Made by a program: the position numbers and the translations under genes
The notes under the pieces: model-generated
The model's database searches: none
Seen by the model: only the letters and a program-made list of their open reading frames with translations
What the model was told of the DNA's origin: nothing
Assembly: GCA_029838195.1 (NCBI GenBank)
Contig: JALGVJ010000007.1
Location: 79,260 to 143,259, forward strand
Direction of reading: 5' to 3'
Origin: Promethearchaeota archaeon
GTDB taxonomy: Archaea; Asgardarchaeota; Lokiarchaeia; Sigyniarchaeales; SOKP01
DNA length: 64,000 nucleotides
Shown: piece after piece, positions 40,778 to 51,723 of the stretch
Position numbering within the stretch: the stretch's first letter is position 1
Layout: every line of letters starts with the position of its first letter

Positions 40778-41050
40778 GTGAGAAATATGGCCAAGAAAGA
40801 ACTGTTCATTAAAAGAGTATACGAGATAGTCAATGAATTAAAAATTCCATTAATAGATGAGCGCGTGTACGATAAAGTGGCATTTGGAGGAAATCCTATT
40901 GCAAGTATCGTCTTTAAATTTGAAGAAGATGAGTCCGTAATTAGAGGTTTTTTAGGTTTAGCAGAATACTTTCATACGGTCGTAATAAAGAAAAAAGATG
41001 ACTTCTTCATTCCTCATAATAACTTGATCTTTCGCTTGATTTCAGCTTAA
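40778..41050 (+). CDS. small hypothetical protein (likely start ATG 40787)
   Basis: Compact alpha/beta-looking ORF followed by a T-rich tract; family not recognised. Confidence 0.65.
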   Translation: MRNMAKKELFIKRVYEIVNELKIPLIDERVYDKVAFGGNPIASIVFKFEEDESVIRGFLGLAEYFHTVVIKKKDDFFIPHNNLIFRLISA

Positions 41051-41286
41051 CTACTCTTTTTTTTATTTAAAACATTTTTCAATTAATTTTCCTATTATTT
41101 TTCATTTTTTTATCATTAAGAATGAAAAATAGTCCTTTTACCGATCTAAGGGGGAAATGGGGGAATTTGAGAAAGATTTTGAACCCATGCCATGAAATTT
41201 CTTCAATTATGTGACCCTTGATGGATCCCATGAGAGATTTATTTGCTACTGTTTAGATGAACAAGAAAAAGAAAATATTTGAAAGG

Positions 41287-41994
41287 TTAAATGGTATTGG
41301 TATAATATTTAGATTGCTTCAAGATATTTAATACTTCTGATTCAGGGATATCATACCAATGTTTATAGGCATTAGCCACTGCGAATTGCCAAGCGTGAGA
41401 GACGTGCGGGCAAAAAATTTTGTCTGTAAATTCTTGAATTTTTTTGATTGTTCGAATAGGGGCAGTAGGAACGGCAACATGTATGTTTTTCGGGGTATAT
41501 TTTTTAACCATTTCTATAGCAGCTAACATGGTAAAACCTGAGGCCAGACCGTCATCCAAGAGAAAGATGGTTTTTCCTTTCATCTTTTTAAATAAGAGGG
41601 ATTGAGTTTGAGGGGAAATTTGATAAAACTGCAATCGGCCCTTAATTTCATTTTTAGTCAATTGGATAGCTCGTTCTATTTCAGGTTTGCTCAAATTTAA
41701 ATGAGGTAAAAGATCTTGATTCAATAAAATAGTTCCATCAGTAGTGACTGCGCCAAAACCCGCCTCGGGGTTATATGGAATTTTAATTTTTCGCACGATT
41801 AACATGCTATAAGAAAGATTAAATATTTGGCAAAATCCCTCAGTAACGGGAACTCCGCCATTTGGAATGGCAAAGCAAAAAAATTCTTTGGGATTTTTCA
41901 GAATGGAATCATGGAGATTTTTATCTTTTTTTTCTATTAACCGAGCAATTTTAATACCCGCTTCTAATCGTGAATTATATCTTTCAAATTCCAT
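41287..41994 (-). CDS. type I phosphoribosyltransferase family protein
   Basis: IPNGGVPV, VRKI...NPEAGFGAV and the PRPP loop LLDDGLASGFTM. Confidence 0.9.
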   Translation of the reverse strand: MEFERYNSRLEAGIKIARLIEKKDKNLHDSILKNPKEFFCFAIPNGGVPVTEGFCQIFNLSYSMLIVRKIKIPYNPEAGFGAVTTDGTILLNQDLLPHLNLSKPEIERAIQLTKNEIKGRLQFYQISPQTQSLLFKKMKGKTIFLLDDGLASGFTMLAAIEMVKKYTPKNIHVAVPTAPIRTIKKIQEFTDKIFCPHVSHAWQFAVANAYKHWYDIPESEVLNILKQSKYYTNTI

Positions 41995-42212
41995 TGAAAT
42001 TCCATTTTGATAAGAATTGTTCTTGAAAATTTTAATTAGGTAAAATTTATAAAATTTGGGCCTTGGATACTTGCGATTGCAAAAAAATAAATAGAGCGTG
42101 GCAACATGTATTTTTTATGATGATATAAATATTTTACAATAAAGTATATTTTTTCTTATTTTTAAATTTAAGGTGGAGCATGTAATTAAACGAGCTAACG
42201 AATGGAATTAAA

Positions 42213-43856
42213 ATGAGGCAGGCGGACAATAAAATCAAGATTTTAATTGAAAAATTTAAAAAATCGCGGGATCTAAACAATAGAATAGAGATTCTAAATG
42301 ATTTATCTAAATTGCAAGAAAAAAACCATTTTCTTGAGTTTAAGAATTTCTACTTGAAAGAATCTTTTTCAGAAATCAAGAGCACGCTCATACCCTTTAT
42401 CATTGAATTTTATCCGGACCAAGGCATGGAATTCTTGGTAAGTCAATATAGACAAGAAAAGGATTGGAAAGTAAGAAATAAGATAATAGAAGCTATTGGA
42501 TTATGTAAAAATAGAAATTCCCTTTTATTTTTAATAGAAGCTTTAAAAGATAATAATGTTGAAAATAAACGATTAGCAATTTCTTTATTAGGACGAATGA
42601 AAGCAGAAGAAGCCTCAGAACCCCTAATATCAATGCTACAACATGGAATGAATGAACTTTATGACGATATAATAAAAGCTATAGTTAACATTGGTAAAAA
42701 AAATAATCTCAAGGCAATTTTAGCTCATATAAACCAAGAAAACATTTACATAAAACGAGCCATTCCTATCATATTAGCACGCTTGAAAGACAAAAGCTCC
42801 CAGCAAATCCTATTAAAATTATTGGAAGATCCCGATAGAGAGGTAAGAAAAAATTCCATTAAAGCATTAGTACATGTTTTAGACCTAAGAAAAATAGGAG
42901 TTCTTTTTAAAAAATTACAAGATGATAATTTAGAAATAAGGAAAGAGACAATAAAAGCTTTAGGAGAATTAGGCTCCTTAAAAGCCATAAAACCCCTTTT
43001 AAAATTATTACTAGATAAGAAATTTGTCATTAGATCTCAAGCCATGAAGGCCCTTACCAAGTTATTTATTAAAGCTAAAACTCATGAAGAACTTTACGAG
43101 GTGTTGGAAAAAAGAAATTTATTAGGACGTCAAAGTGCTATTAAGATTTTAGGCCAAATCGGCTCTCCCGAAGATATAAAAAGATTGTTGCCTTTTTTTA
43201 CGAGTAAAATCCCACAAATCCGGCAAAATGCCTTTAAATCCATTTTAAAAATTGCTCAAAATACTGAATTTAAGGAAGAGAGCTTAGTTTTAATAATTCA
43301 ATCCCTTAATTCGGAAAAATGGCAAATTAGAAAGTATAGTGCTAACTTATTAAGCAAATTAGGCGATGAAAATACAATTGAGGCTTTGTTTGTTTTATTA
43401 GGAGATGATAATAACGAGGTGAGAAAAGCAGCCATTCAAACGTTAGCAACTTTTAGAACCTCTAAAGTTATTGATATTGCGAAGCAATTTTTAACGGATG
43501 ATTCTTGGAAAATGAGACGAGCTGCGGTGAAACTTCTCCTAAAAATAGGAACGGAAGAAGCTCTTTCTCCTTTAATGAATTGCCTTAATGATGATGATAT
43601 TTACGTAAAAAGATGGGCCATAAAAGGATTGGGCAAATTACGTTCTTTTTCAAATCTATCCGCACTTTCAAGGTTATTAAAAGATAAAGATCCAAAAATT
43701 CGTTTATCCGTGGTAAAAGCCTTCGAACAAATAGGGGAAGAAAGTGTCATTCCATATCTCATTGATGCTTTAGGGGATGATGTTTATGAAATTAAACGAG
43801 AAGCTGAAAAAGCCTTGGAAAAAATAGATCCCTTCTGGATTGAAAAATATTTATAA
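42213..43856 (+). CDS. HEAT-repeat (PBS-lyase-like) alpha-solenoid protein
   Basis: Many ~31-aa repeats of the type LxDxDxxVRxxAxxALGxxG. Confidence 0.9.
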   Translation: MRQADNKIKILIEKFKKSRDLNNRIEILNDLSKLQEKNHFLEFKNFYLKESFSEIKSTLIPFIIEFYPDQGMEFLVSQYRQEKDWKVRNKIIEAIGLCKNRNSLLFLIEALKDNNVENKRLAISLLGRMKAEEASEPLISMLQHGMNELYDDIIKAIVNIGKKNNLKAILAHINQENIYIKRAIPIILARLKDKSSQQILLKLLEDPDREVRKNSIKALVHVLDLRKIGVLFKKLQDDNLEIRKETIKALGELGSLKAIKPLLKLLLDKKFVIRSQAMKALTKLFIKAKTHEELYEVLEKRNLLGRQSAIKILGQIGSPEDIKRLLPFFTSKIPQIRQNAFKSILKIAQNTEFKEESLVLIIQSLNSEKWQIRKYSANLLSKLGDENTIEALFVLLGDDNNEVRKAAIQTLATFRTSKVIDIAKQFLTDDSWKMRRAAVKLLLKIGTEEALSPLMNCLNDDDIYVKRWAIKGLGKLRSFSNLSALSRLLKDKDPKIRLSVVKAFEQIGEESVIPYLIDALGDDVYEIKREAEKALEKIDPFWIEKYL

Positions 43857-44126
43857 AGATATCCGCCTTATTTTCCTTTAATTCTTTCCCTTTATTGATA
43901 ATATTTAAAAAAATCGCGTGTGGTCAACATGAGACGTAATCAGGCATTTTTAATTATTTTTAGCTGAAATTACTATTGGATCAGAAAAGAAATATGAATT
44001 ACCTTTCAAAAAAAAACTGAAATTTACTTTTTAAGAAATTTTTAATTTCTTAGCGAATTAAACTAGTTATAATCTCATGTTAGACGCTAGAGATACCTTT
44101 TTAAATGAACATGATCGTGAATTTAT

Positions 44127-44681
44127 ATGGTTAAAGATGATTCCAAGCTCAACATCGTTCTTGAAACCTTGCCTTCTGAAACTTTTTCGATAATTGGGCA
44201 CCTCATAGCTGGAATCATCCTAACGCTATTAATTCTTCCTTTTAAGAGTTTTATCATCCTAATTGTAATCATTCCTGCATTATTAAGCGTGAGAGGGAAT
44301 GTAAGTGGTCCATTTTATGCAAGAACTTCGAGAGATTTGATGCTAGGCGATTTTAATAAACAGACATGGACAGAAAATATTTTAGCAACTTATGTTCTTT
44401 CCTTAATATGTTCTTTTCTTATTGGAATTTTTTCCCTTTTTCTTAATGTAATTCTTATTAAATGCGGTACTATAAGTAATTTTCAATTGATATTCACTCC
44501 CATGCTAAGTGTTTCTATTTCTCTTTCGATTTCAGTTATATGTTCCACCCTATTAAATTACATTACGTTTCATAGAGGGTTAAATCCAAATAATGTGGTA
44601 CCTCCTATCATGACTACGCTAGATGATTTTTTAACGATTATTAGTTTTTATGGATCTTTATTAATTTTAAAGGTGGCTTAA
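44127..44681 (+). CDS. MgtE-type divalent cation transporter, membrane domain
   Basis: PALLSVRGN and GLNPNNVVPPIMTTLDD. Confidence 0.8.
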   Translation: MVKDDSKLNIVLETLPSETFSIIGHLIAGIILTLLILPFKSFIILIVIIPALLSVRGNVSGPFYARTSRDLMLGDFNKQTWTENILATYVLSLICSFLIGIFSLFLNVILIKCGTISNFQLIFTPMLSVSISLSISVICSTLLNYITFHRGLNPNNVVPPIMTTLDDFLTIISFYGSLLILKVA

Positions 44682-45233
44682 GTGAAATATTTCGTAAAAA
44701 TTATTAAAGAATCCATTTTAATTGTTATATTAACATCGATTATTGGATTATTTACGGGATCCCTTCTATCTTTAAATGAAAGAATACTTTACTCTTTTCC
44801 TATAATTCTCCTCATTTTACCTTCATTGAACTCATTAACAGGGGATATTTGCACCATTTTAGTCTCAAGATTAACCACACATTTATATATCGGTACGATT
44901 GCTCCGCGTTTAGAAAAATCGAAACGTCTGAAAGAAGATTTTTTAGGTTTGTTAATAACACTTTTGTTGAGTTTAATTTTGCTCATCGTCGTGGGGCATG
45001 CGATTGCGTTCTATACTGACATCAAAATCATCAATCCCTTTTTTATCATCATAGTTTTATTTATTACAATAATTCTTCTATTTGTAAGCATGTTTATCGT
45101 GTTATTTATTGGTTCTATATTTCTATTTAAGAGTGGAAAAGATCCTAACAATTTTTTAATTCCCTTCGTGACCTCGTCTGCGGATTTTCTAACCCCTTTT
45201 TTTTTAATTATTTTTATCATAATATTTTTATAG
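44682..45233 (+). CDS. MgtE-type transporter, second membrane domain
   Basis: PSLNSLTGD...SRLTTHL and GKDPNNFLIPFVTSSAD. Confidence 0.8.
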   Translation: MKYFVKIIKESILIVILTSIIGLFTGSLLSLNERILYSFPIILLILPSLNSLTGDICTILVSRLTTHLYIGTIAPRLEKSKRLKEDFLGLLITLLLSLILLIVVGHAIAFYTDIKIINPFFIIIVLFITIILLFVSMFIVLFIGSIFLFKSGKDPNNFLIPFVTSSADFLTPFFLIIFIIIFL

Positions 45234-45252
45234 AATTAAAAAATAAATTTTA

Positions 45253-46515
45253 ATGAGTGAAAAAAATAAGATGACTATAATCAAAAAGCATTTCAAGTAT
45301 AAACCCCTTTCACTCAAGGATATCCTCCGTGAAATGAAAAAAAACATTGACTTAATGATTGACCTTGCTTACAGTGCAATTAAATTTGGAGACAAAGAAC
45401 TTGCCGATGAAGCGTATAAGATTGAAGGGCGCATCCATGAACTTACTTTTCTTTTAAATCTCCAAATTATCATGACTCAACCCGGAGGATATAAAAATGC
45501 TAAAGAATTAGAACCAATCGTCGTAATGGGATATTGTATTGATAAAATAAGCGACGCTTTGTCTGACATTGCTCGTGTAGTCTATGTTAATAGTGATATA
45601 TATCAATTCACCCAGCTTTTCTGGGATAGCGTGCCTGAACCCATTGTAAAAATCACGGTGAAACCTAATAGTGAATTTATTGGAAAATATAGAAAAGATA
45701 TTCATTTTAGATCCCTCCATGGTGTAGATTTAATTGCTATTAGGCGAGGAAGTAAATGGATTTTTGATACGAAGCAAAAAATTCTAAAAAATGATATACT
45801 TATCGTGAAAGGAGAAATATCGCCAATTCGAGAATTAAAAAAAGCGTGCATGGATGATGAACCCTTCTCCTTTGATTTAGAGAAAATTCATAAAGAAATA
45901 GAGTTTGATCTCGAGAATCCAGAAATCTTCGAAGCATTGGAAGAGCTTAAAAAAAATTATGTTTTAATAACGGATCTATCTGAAACCATGATTGAACTTG
46001 CACTAGTAGCGCTATTCTTTAATAATTATGAAGTAGCAGAGGACATTTCTGAAATGGAAGAATTAATGGATGGGCTCAACATCGCATTTGAAAAAGACTT
46101 ACTAGAAATCGCTCATTTGATAGAAAATCCTAAAGATTTAACCGGGATCATGCGCATTGTATTTTCATGCGAATTAATTGCAGATGCGGCGGCAAATATC
46201 GCAGAAAATATCATTAAAGGTTTCACGCCCCACCCAATTTTTCAAAAAGCCATATCGGAAACCGATGAAATTGTTGTAAGGGAAACGTTATCTCATGATT
46301 CTTATTTTAAAGATAAAACATACGAAGAGCTTCAAGATAGAAGATATAAGCGGGGTTTCCACATCATTGCTCTAAAGCGAGAAGATAAATGGATTTATCG
46401 CTTTAGAGATGATTTTCTGTTTAAAGAGGGAGACTTAATCATCGGATTAGGGCCAAAAGAAACCGTAATGCAATGGAGAAGATGCGTAAATCCGGAAAAA
46501 TTTAGAATGTCTTAA
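45253..46515 (+). CDS. tandem PhoU-like + TrkA-C (RCK_C) regulator
   Basis: Two repeats of MIDLAYSA...ISDA followed by IAIRRG...W...DILIVKG. Confidence 0.8.
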   Translation: MSEKNKMTIIKKHFKYKPLSLKDILREMKKNIDLMIDLAYSAIKFGDKELADEAYKIEGRIHELTFLLNLQIIMTQPGGYKNAKELEPIVVMGYCIDKISDALSDIARVVYVNSDIYQFTQLFWDSVPEPIVKITVKPNSEFIGKYRKDIHFRSLHGVDLIAIRRGSKWIFDTKQKILKNDILIVKGEISPIRELKKACMDDEPFSFDLEKIHKEIEFDLENPEIFEALEELKKNYVLITDLSETMIELALVALFFNNYEVAEDISEMEELMDGLNIAFEKDLLEIAHLIENPKDLTGIMRIVFSCELIADAAANIAENIIKGFTPHPIFQKAISETDEIVVRETLSHDSYFKDKTYEELQDRRYKRGFHIIALKREDKWIYRFRDDFLFKEGDLIIGLGPKETVMQWRRCVNPEKFRMS

Positions 46516-46530
46516 CGAAATGGGAAGTCA

Positions 46531-47118
46531 GTGACGACCATGAAGATTGAAGACCGATTTTTTAATACCATGCTTGAAATTAGCAAGCAAATTAATTTTA
46601 ACGCTGAAAATATAAATAGGGCCCATTTAAGCGATTTTATATCTTTAATTCTTAATATAAACGAGAAAGGAGACAGGATCTTCGTATACGGAGCAGGCAG
46701 GTCCGGTTTTATTGGACGCTGTTTTGCTCAAAGACTAATGCATTTAGGAGTCAATTCTTGTTTCGTATCAGATGCGATCACTCCTCAATTTACTTCTAAT
46801 GATGCATTAATTTTAATTAGCGGGAGTGGTGAAACCACGTCGACCGTCGCTATTGCTAAAAAAGCTAAAGAAATAGGGGGAAAACTGTTATTATTAACGA
46901 GTAATCCGGAAAGCACCATTGGAAAAATTTCTGACATTTCTTTGAAAATTATAGGAAAAAGCAAGGATGTAGCAACTGTTCAAAAAACTCTTGCCCCATA
47001 TACTAGCTTGTTTGATATCTCCACATTGGCCGTATTGGACTCTATTGGAGGGGTTTTAATGGAGCTTCTCAATGTTTCAGAAGAGGATATTAATAATAGA
47101 CACGCAACCATTGAATAG
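46531..47118 (+). CDS. hxlB: 6-phospho-3-hexuloisomerase (SIS domain)
   Basis: VYGAGRSG, FAQRLMHLG, ISGSGET, LAPYTSLFD and C-terminal RHATIE. Confidence 0.88.
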   Translation: MTTMKIEDRFFNTMLEISKQINFNAENINRAHLSDFISLILNINEKGDRIFVYGAGRSGFIGRCFAQRLMHLGVNSCFVSDAITPQFTSNDALILISGSGETTSTVAIAKKAKEIGGKLLLLTSNPESTIGKISDISLKIIGKSKDVATVQKTLAPYTSLFDISTLAVLDSIGGVLMELLNVSEEDINNRHATIE

Positions 47119-47302
47119 TTCGAATCTTTAACTTCTTTTTCAGACGCGAAAGAGAATAATACCCATGAAGCCCTTCTTATAGAGATAAATATTCATTAAT
47201 AATAGCTCAATGGGCGTTCTTTAGCTCTCAATTATCAAGTATTTATTTAAGGCAATTATTGCACTCATTTTTAAATAGGAATCTTTCATTGATTGAATAG
47301 AA

Positions 47303-48115
47303 ATGATGGATTTAACAGAAGAACAAATAGAACGATATTCTCGACAAATCGTTTTAAAAGAAATGGGAGGCATCGGCCAAGAAAAGCTATTAAATTCGAA
47401 AATAGCATTAGTCGGGTTAGGCGCATTAGGTTCTCCCGCCGCGTACTATTTAGCCGCTACGGGCATCGGGAAATTAAAAATTATCGATTACGATAAAGTA
47501 GAACGATCAAATCTTCACCGTCAAATTTTACATTTTACAGAAAACATTAATGAGAAAAAAACTCTTAGTGCTTCAAAAAAGCTAAAAAAATTAAATCCCG
47601 ATTGTGAAATTGAAATTGTGAATGAGCAATTATTGCCTCATAATGTAAAAGAAATCATCAAGGAGGCGGATTTCGTTATCGAGGGGTCTGATAATTTACC
47701 TACAAAAATGTTAATTAATGATGCATGCGTGAATTTGAACAAACCATTCACGATCGCAGGGGTATTACGCTTTCATGGCCAGATAATGACAGTGGTACCC
47801 GAAAGAAAAACAAGTTGTTATAGATGCGTGTTTGGAGATATATCGGGAGACAATTTCGGTTTATCATGTTCTCAAGCAGGAGTTATTGGATTAGTACCGG
47901 CAATCCTTGGAAGCATAGAAGCTATGGAAGCTATTAAATATCTCTTGGATATCGGAGATCTAATCATAAATAAAATTCTTTATGTGGATCTGTTAAAAGT
48001 AAGCTTTAATTTTATTGATATTTATCGAAACGATAATTGTATTGCGTGTGGTATTAAAGCCAAAGATCTAGTTTCAATTAAAAATTATGGATTTGATGAA
48101 GCATGCCGGTTATAA
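47303..48115 (+). CDS. MoeB/ThiF/UbaA E1-like adenylyltransferase
   Basis: RYSRQI, GLGALG, SNLHRQ, CYRC, SCSQAGVIG and CIACG. Confidence 0.93.
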   Translation: MMDLTEEQIERYSRQIVLKEMGGIGQEKLLNSKIALVGLGALGSPAAYYLAATGIGKLKIIDYDKVERSNLHRQILHFTENINEKKTLSASKKLKKLNPDCEIEIVNEQLLPHNVKEIIKEADFVIEGSDNLPTKMLINDACVNLNKPFTIAGVLRFHGQIMTVVPERKTSCYRCVFGDISGDNFGLSCSQAGVIGLVPAILGSIEAMEAIKYLLDIGDLIINKILYVDLLKVSFNFIDIYRNDNCIACGIKAKDLVSIKNYGFDEACRL

Positions 48116-48375
48116 AAGAAGAAATCGAAAAGGAATCAAGATCTAATAAGATAATCGATATTAGAGGAAAAATTTGCCCTTTAACATTTGTATACACGAA
48201 ACTTGCGTTAGAAAAGATGGAAAAAGGAGATATACTTGAAGTAATTCTCGATTTTCCCCCTGCTCTTAAAAATATACCAAATAGTTGCATGCGACAAGAT
48301 TTAGCAGAATTAATCGAAATAAAAAAACTAAATTCTGATGATAAGACTTGGAAATTAATTTTAAAAAAGCTTTAA
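48103..48375 (+). CDS. TusA/SirA-like sulfur carrier
   Basis: IDIRGKICPLTFVYTKLALEKM...GDILEV. Confidence 0.85.
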   Translation: MPVIKEEIEKESRSNKIIDIRGKICPLTFVYTKLALEKMEKGDILEVILDFPPALKNIPNSCMRQDLAELIEIKKLNSDDKTWKLILKKL

Positions 48376-48462
48376 TTCACGAGTATCAATAATTTGTAAT
48401 CAATCCATTTTTATACATCATGAAATTACTAAAAATAATAATTAGAAGAAGAAGGTGAAATA

Positions 48463-49299
48463 ATGCCAGAATTCGTGCATTGTTTAAAATGTGGTTCGAG
48501 ATTAGGAGAAAAAGAACAAGAATACATGACCTATTGTTCTGAATGCGTCTTGAATTTGAATTTTCAAGTCACGGATTTAGATATGAGCAGAATGAGTGAA
48601 AATTTGCAAAAAATTTTGGACTTCTTCATCTCGGATGTGAACTCCGCATTTAACAAGGATCCAGCAGCTATTTCTTTATTGGAAGTGCTAACGTGCTATC
48701 CGGGAATAAAAGCTGTTCTTATCTATCGCATTAGCCATTTTTTTTGGGAGCTCGGGATGCCCTTTATTCCCCGATATCTTTCCGAAATTGCTCGAGAAAT
48801 GACGGGTATAGAGATTCATCCTGGAGCTAAAATAGGGCATGATTTTTTTATCGATCACGGGGGAGGAGTTGTGATTGGTGAAACTGCTGAAATCGGGGAT
48901 AACGTGACTCTTTATCAAGGAGTGGTTTTGGGAGGCGTGACCACGAAACGAGTGAAAAGGCATCCTACTTTGGGAAACAACATCGTTGTAGGAACGGGAG
49001 CGAAAATTTTAGGCCCGGTGAAGATTGGAGATAATGTTAAGATCGGGGCAAACTCTGTGGTGGTAAAGGACATCCCTCCAAACTCCGTGGTCGTGGGTGT
49101 GCCTGGTAAAATAATTTCAAGAAAGGGGGAAAAAATAAGCAGGATAGATTTATCTCACGGAGATTTGCCCGATCCTTTAGCAATTACGCTTTCTAAAATA
49201 AATGAGCGATTAGAATTCTTAGAAAACAAGATTTTAAAGGAAAAAAGGACAAAAGATGAAATAGAAATTTATTATGGGTTGGATGGGGAAGGGATTTAA
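48463..49299 (+). CDS. cysE: serine O-acetyltransferase with N-terminal Zn-ribbon-like extension
   Basis: [26 protein letters not shown] and hexapeptide repeats. Confidence 0.93.
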   Translation: MPEFVHCLKCGSRLGEKEQEYMTYCSECVLNLNFQVTDLDMSRMSENLQKILDFFISDVNSAFNKDPAAISLLEVLTCYPGIKAVLIYRISHFFWELGMPFIPRYLSEIAREMTGIEIHPGAKIGHDFFIDHGGGVVIGETAEIGDNVTLYQGVVLGGVTTKRVKRHPTLGNNIVVGTGAKILGPVKIGDNVKIGANSVVVKDIPPNSVVVGVPGKIISRKGEKISRIDLSHGDLPDPLAITLSKINERLEFLENKILKEKRTKDEIEIYYGLDGEGI

Positions 49300-49348
49300 C
49301 TATTTAATAAAAAACAAAAAAGAATTAAAGAGGAGGTAAAAAATAGGA

Positions 49349-50272
49349 ATGATTTTTAATAATATTATTAAAACAATTGGAAAGACCCCTTTAGTTAAAC
49401 TCAATAGAGTTGCAGAAGGGCTTAAACCTAATATTTTCGTAAAATTAGAATGTTTCAATCCAGGAGGCAGTGTAAAAGATAGGATCTGCATGTCAATGAT
49501 TGAAGCAGCGGAACGAGAAGGTATTATTAATGAAAATACTACAATCGTGGAGCCTACTTCAGGTAATACCGGAATTGGACTTGCCATGGTCTGCGCGGCA
49601 AAAGGGTATCGATTAATTTTAACCATGCCTGATAGCATGTCCATTGAACGACGAAGAATTTTAAAGGCCTATGGGGCAGAGTTAATTTTAACACCAGCTA
49701 GTGGGGGCATGAAAGTAGCTATTGCAAAAGCAGAAGAATTAGCCAAAGAAGAAAATAATGTGTTTATTCCTCAGCAATTTAAAAATAAAAATAATCCGGA
49801 AATTCATAGAAAAACCACCGCAGAAGAAATAATTAAGGATTTAGATGGAAAGGTAGATGGATTTGTAGCGGGAGTTGGCACGGGAGGCACCGTTACAGGG
49901 GTTGGGGAAATCTTAAAGCAAAAAGTTGGCCCCCATGTTAAAATTTACGCTGTAGAACCGGAGGATTCTCCTGTTTTATCCGGTGGCAGTCCAAATCCAC
50001 ACAAAATACAAGGGATTGGAGCAGGATTTATTCCAGATGTATTAAACACGCGAATCTATGATAAGGTGATTAAAGTGAAATATGAAAATGCAATTGAAAC
50101 GTCTCGAAAATTAGCTAAACAGGAAGGAATTTTCGTGGGAATATCTTCTGGTGCAGCTGCGTGGGCAGGATTAAATGTTGCAGCAAAAGAGCTTCAAGAG
50201 GGACAGAATCTCGTAATACTTTTACCCGATACAGGCGAGCGTTATCTATCAACGGAATTATTTGAAGCGTGA
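49349..50272 (+). CDS. cysK: cysteine synthase A (O-acetylserine sulfhydrylase)
   Basis: [30 protein letters not shown] and DTGERYLST. Confidence 0.95.
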   Translation: MIFNNIIKTIGKTPLVKLNRVAEGLKPNIFVKLECFNPGGSVKDRICMSMIEAAEREGIINENTTIVEPTSGNTGIGLAMVCAAKGYRLILTMPDSMSIERRRILKAYGAELILTPASGGMKVAIAKAEELAKEENNVFIPQQFKNKNNPEIHRKTTAEEIIKDLDGKVDGFVAGVGTGGTVTGVGEILKQKVGPHVKIYAVEPEDSPVLSGGSPNPHKIQGIGAGFIPDVLNTRIYDKVIKVKYENAIETSRKLAKQEGIFVGISSGAAAWAGLNVAAKELQEGQNLVILLPDTGERYLSTELFEA

Positions 50273-50344
50273 ATGATAATGATTACCGGTAAGTTAAAAC
50301 AAGGAGTAGATTTTATAATTAGAGGGGGACTTATTAAAAAAAGT

Positions 50345-50662
50345 TTAACCTCCCGCAATTGCCGGAAGTAAGGTAATTTCATCATTTTCATTTACTCGTT
50401 TAGAAATATCAGAGAGATTTCGAAGATCTTTTCCATTAACACTAAATAAAATGTATTTATTAATGATTTCATCGGGATTTTCTATTTTATTTTTTAAATT
50501 TTCTCTTAATTTTAGCTTGATATCCTTAATTATGTCTTCAATAGTAGAAGTGGAGGGAACTTCCATCGCCATTTCTTCTTTTCCCATGAAATCCGCCAAA
50601 ATGGAAAGAAAATTTATTTTTATTTTTATTTTCATTTTCATCCTCTCCTTTTCATTGTTCAT
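50345..50662 (-). CDS. MoaD/ThiS/SAMP ubiquitin-like sulfur carrier
   Basis: beta-grasp layout, SVNG, and C-terminal LLPAIAGG. Confidence 0.88.
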   Translation of the reverse strand: MNNEKERMKMKIKIKINFLSILADFMGKEEMAMEVPSTSTIEDIIKDIKLKLRENLKNKIENPDEIINKYILFSVNGKDLRNLSDISKRVNENDEITLLPAIAGG

Positions 50663-50763
50663 TTTCTACGACCATTCCATGCATCTAAATAAATTTTTAC
50701 TTATTAACGATTATGAATATAAATTTTAATAATAAAAGAAAATTTATCATATCTTAAATAAGC

Positions 50764-51723
50764 ATGAGGGAGGAAATCATTAGAAAACAAAAATTAAAGA
50801 TTGGACATTTATCCACGGCATATCATTCAAATTTTATTATTATGGGATCTGATGATTTAGAACAGGATTTACAAATCCCTATTAGTTGGCACTTGTTCGG
50901 CACGGGACCTGAAATGATGGATGCTTTTCGCAAGGGAGAATTAGATGCGGGATATATTGGTTTAACGCCGGCTGCAATAGGGATTGCCCATGGAATACCC
51001 ATCCAATGCGTTGCGGGAGGGCACGTGGAAGGTACAGTCATGACTGGATTAAAAAAATATCAAGGGATTCAAGATTTTTCGGGCGATCTTTATTCTGTAT
51101 TCAATCAATTCATTGGAAAAACCATTGGAGTCACATCCAAGGGCTCCATTCATGAGGTGATATTAAATTATTATTTAGACCGCTTCGAATTAAAGGATAA
51201 AATTAAAATTCAATATTATTCACAAGCTGAATATATTGCCTTGGATTTGAAAAAGGGAATTATAGAAGGTGGAGTGGGTACGCCTTCATTAGCAATTTTT
51301 GCCTCTACGATATTAGATTCTCATCTAATAATTCCGCCTAAGTATCTTTGGAAGTATAATCCAAGTTATGGCGTGTTTTTCCATGAAGAAATTATTCAAA
51401 ATTATCCTTTCCTCGTTAATGCATTTTTAAAACTTCATAAACAAGCTTGTTACATGTTGAGAAATGATAGAGAGAGAGCTGCAGAGTTGATTTCTAATTC
51501 CTTTAAGATTTTAGATAAAGCTTATATCATGAGGATTTTAAATGTATCTCCTAAGTATTGCATTGCCTTTCCCGAAGAATTTATAGATTCCACGATGAAA
51601 TTGGTCAAGGTGTTAAAAATTTTGGGGTACATGAACAAGGAATTGAAATTAGAGGATATTTTTAATTTTTCCTTCATGGAAGAAGTCCATCCTGAAGAAG
51701 CCCATTATGATCAAATGACTTAG
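50764..51723 (+). CDS. NMT1/SsuA/TauA-like substrate-binding-fold protein without signal peptide
   Basis: GTGPEMMDAF..GELDAGYIGLTP and GKTIGV...GSIHEV; no N-terminal hydrophobic segment. Confidence 0.75.
   Translation: MREEIIRKQKLKIGHLSTAYHSNFIIMGSDDLEQDLQIPISWHLFGTGPEMMDAFRKGELDAGYIGLTPAAIGIAHGIPIQCVAGGHVEGTVMTGLKKYQGIQDFSGDLYSVFNQFIGKTIGVTSKGSIHEVILNYYLDRFELKDKIKIQYYSQAEYIALDLKKGIIEGGVGTPSLAIFASTILDSHLIIPPKYLWKYNPSYGVFFHEEIIQNYPFLVNAFLKLHKQACYMLRNDRERAAELISNSFKILDKAYIMRILNVSPKYCIAFPEEFIDSTMKLVKVLKILGYMNKELKLEDIFNFSFMEEVHPEEAHYDQMT

Noticed and set aside
44127-46515. Split MgtE pair with PhoU/TrkA-C regulator as a novel system
   Set aside because: To my knowledge this arrangement is already common in archaea.
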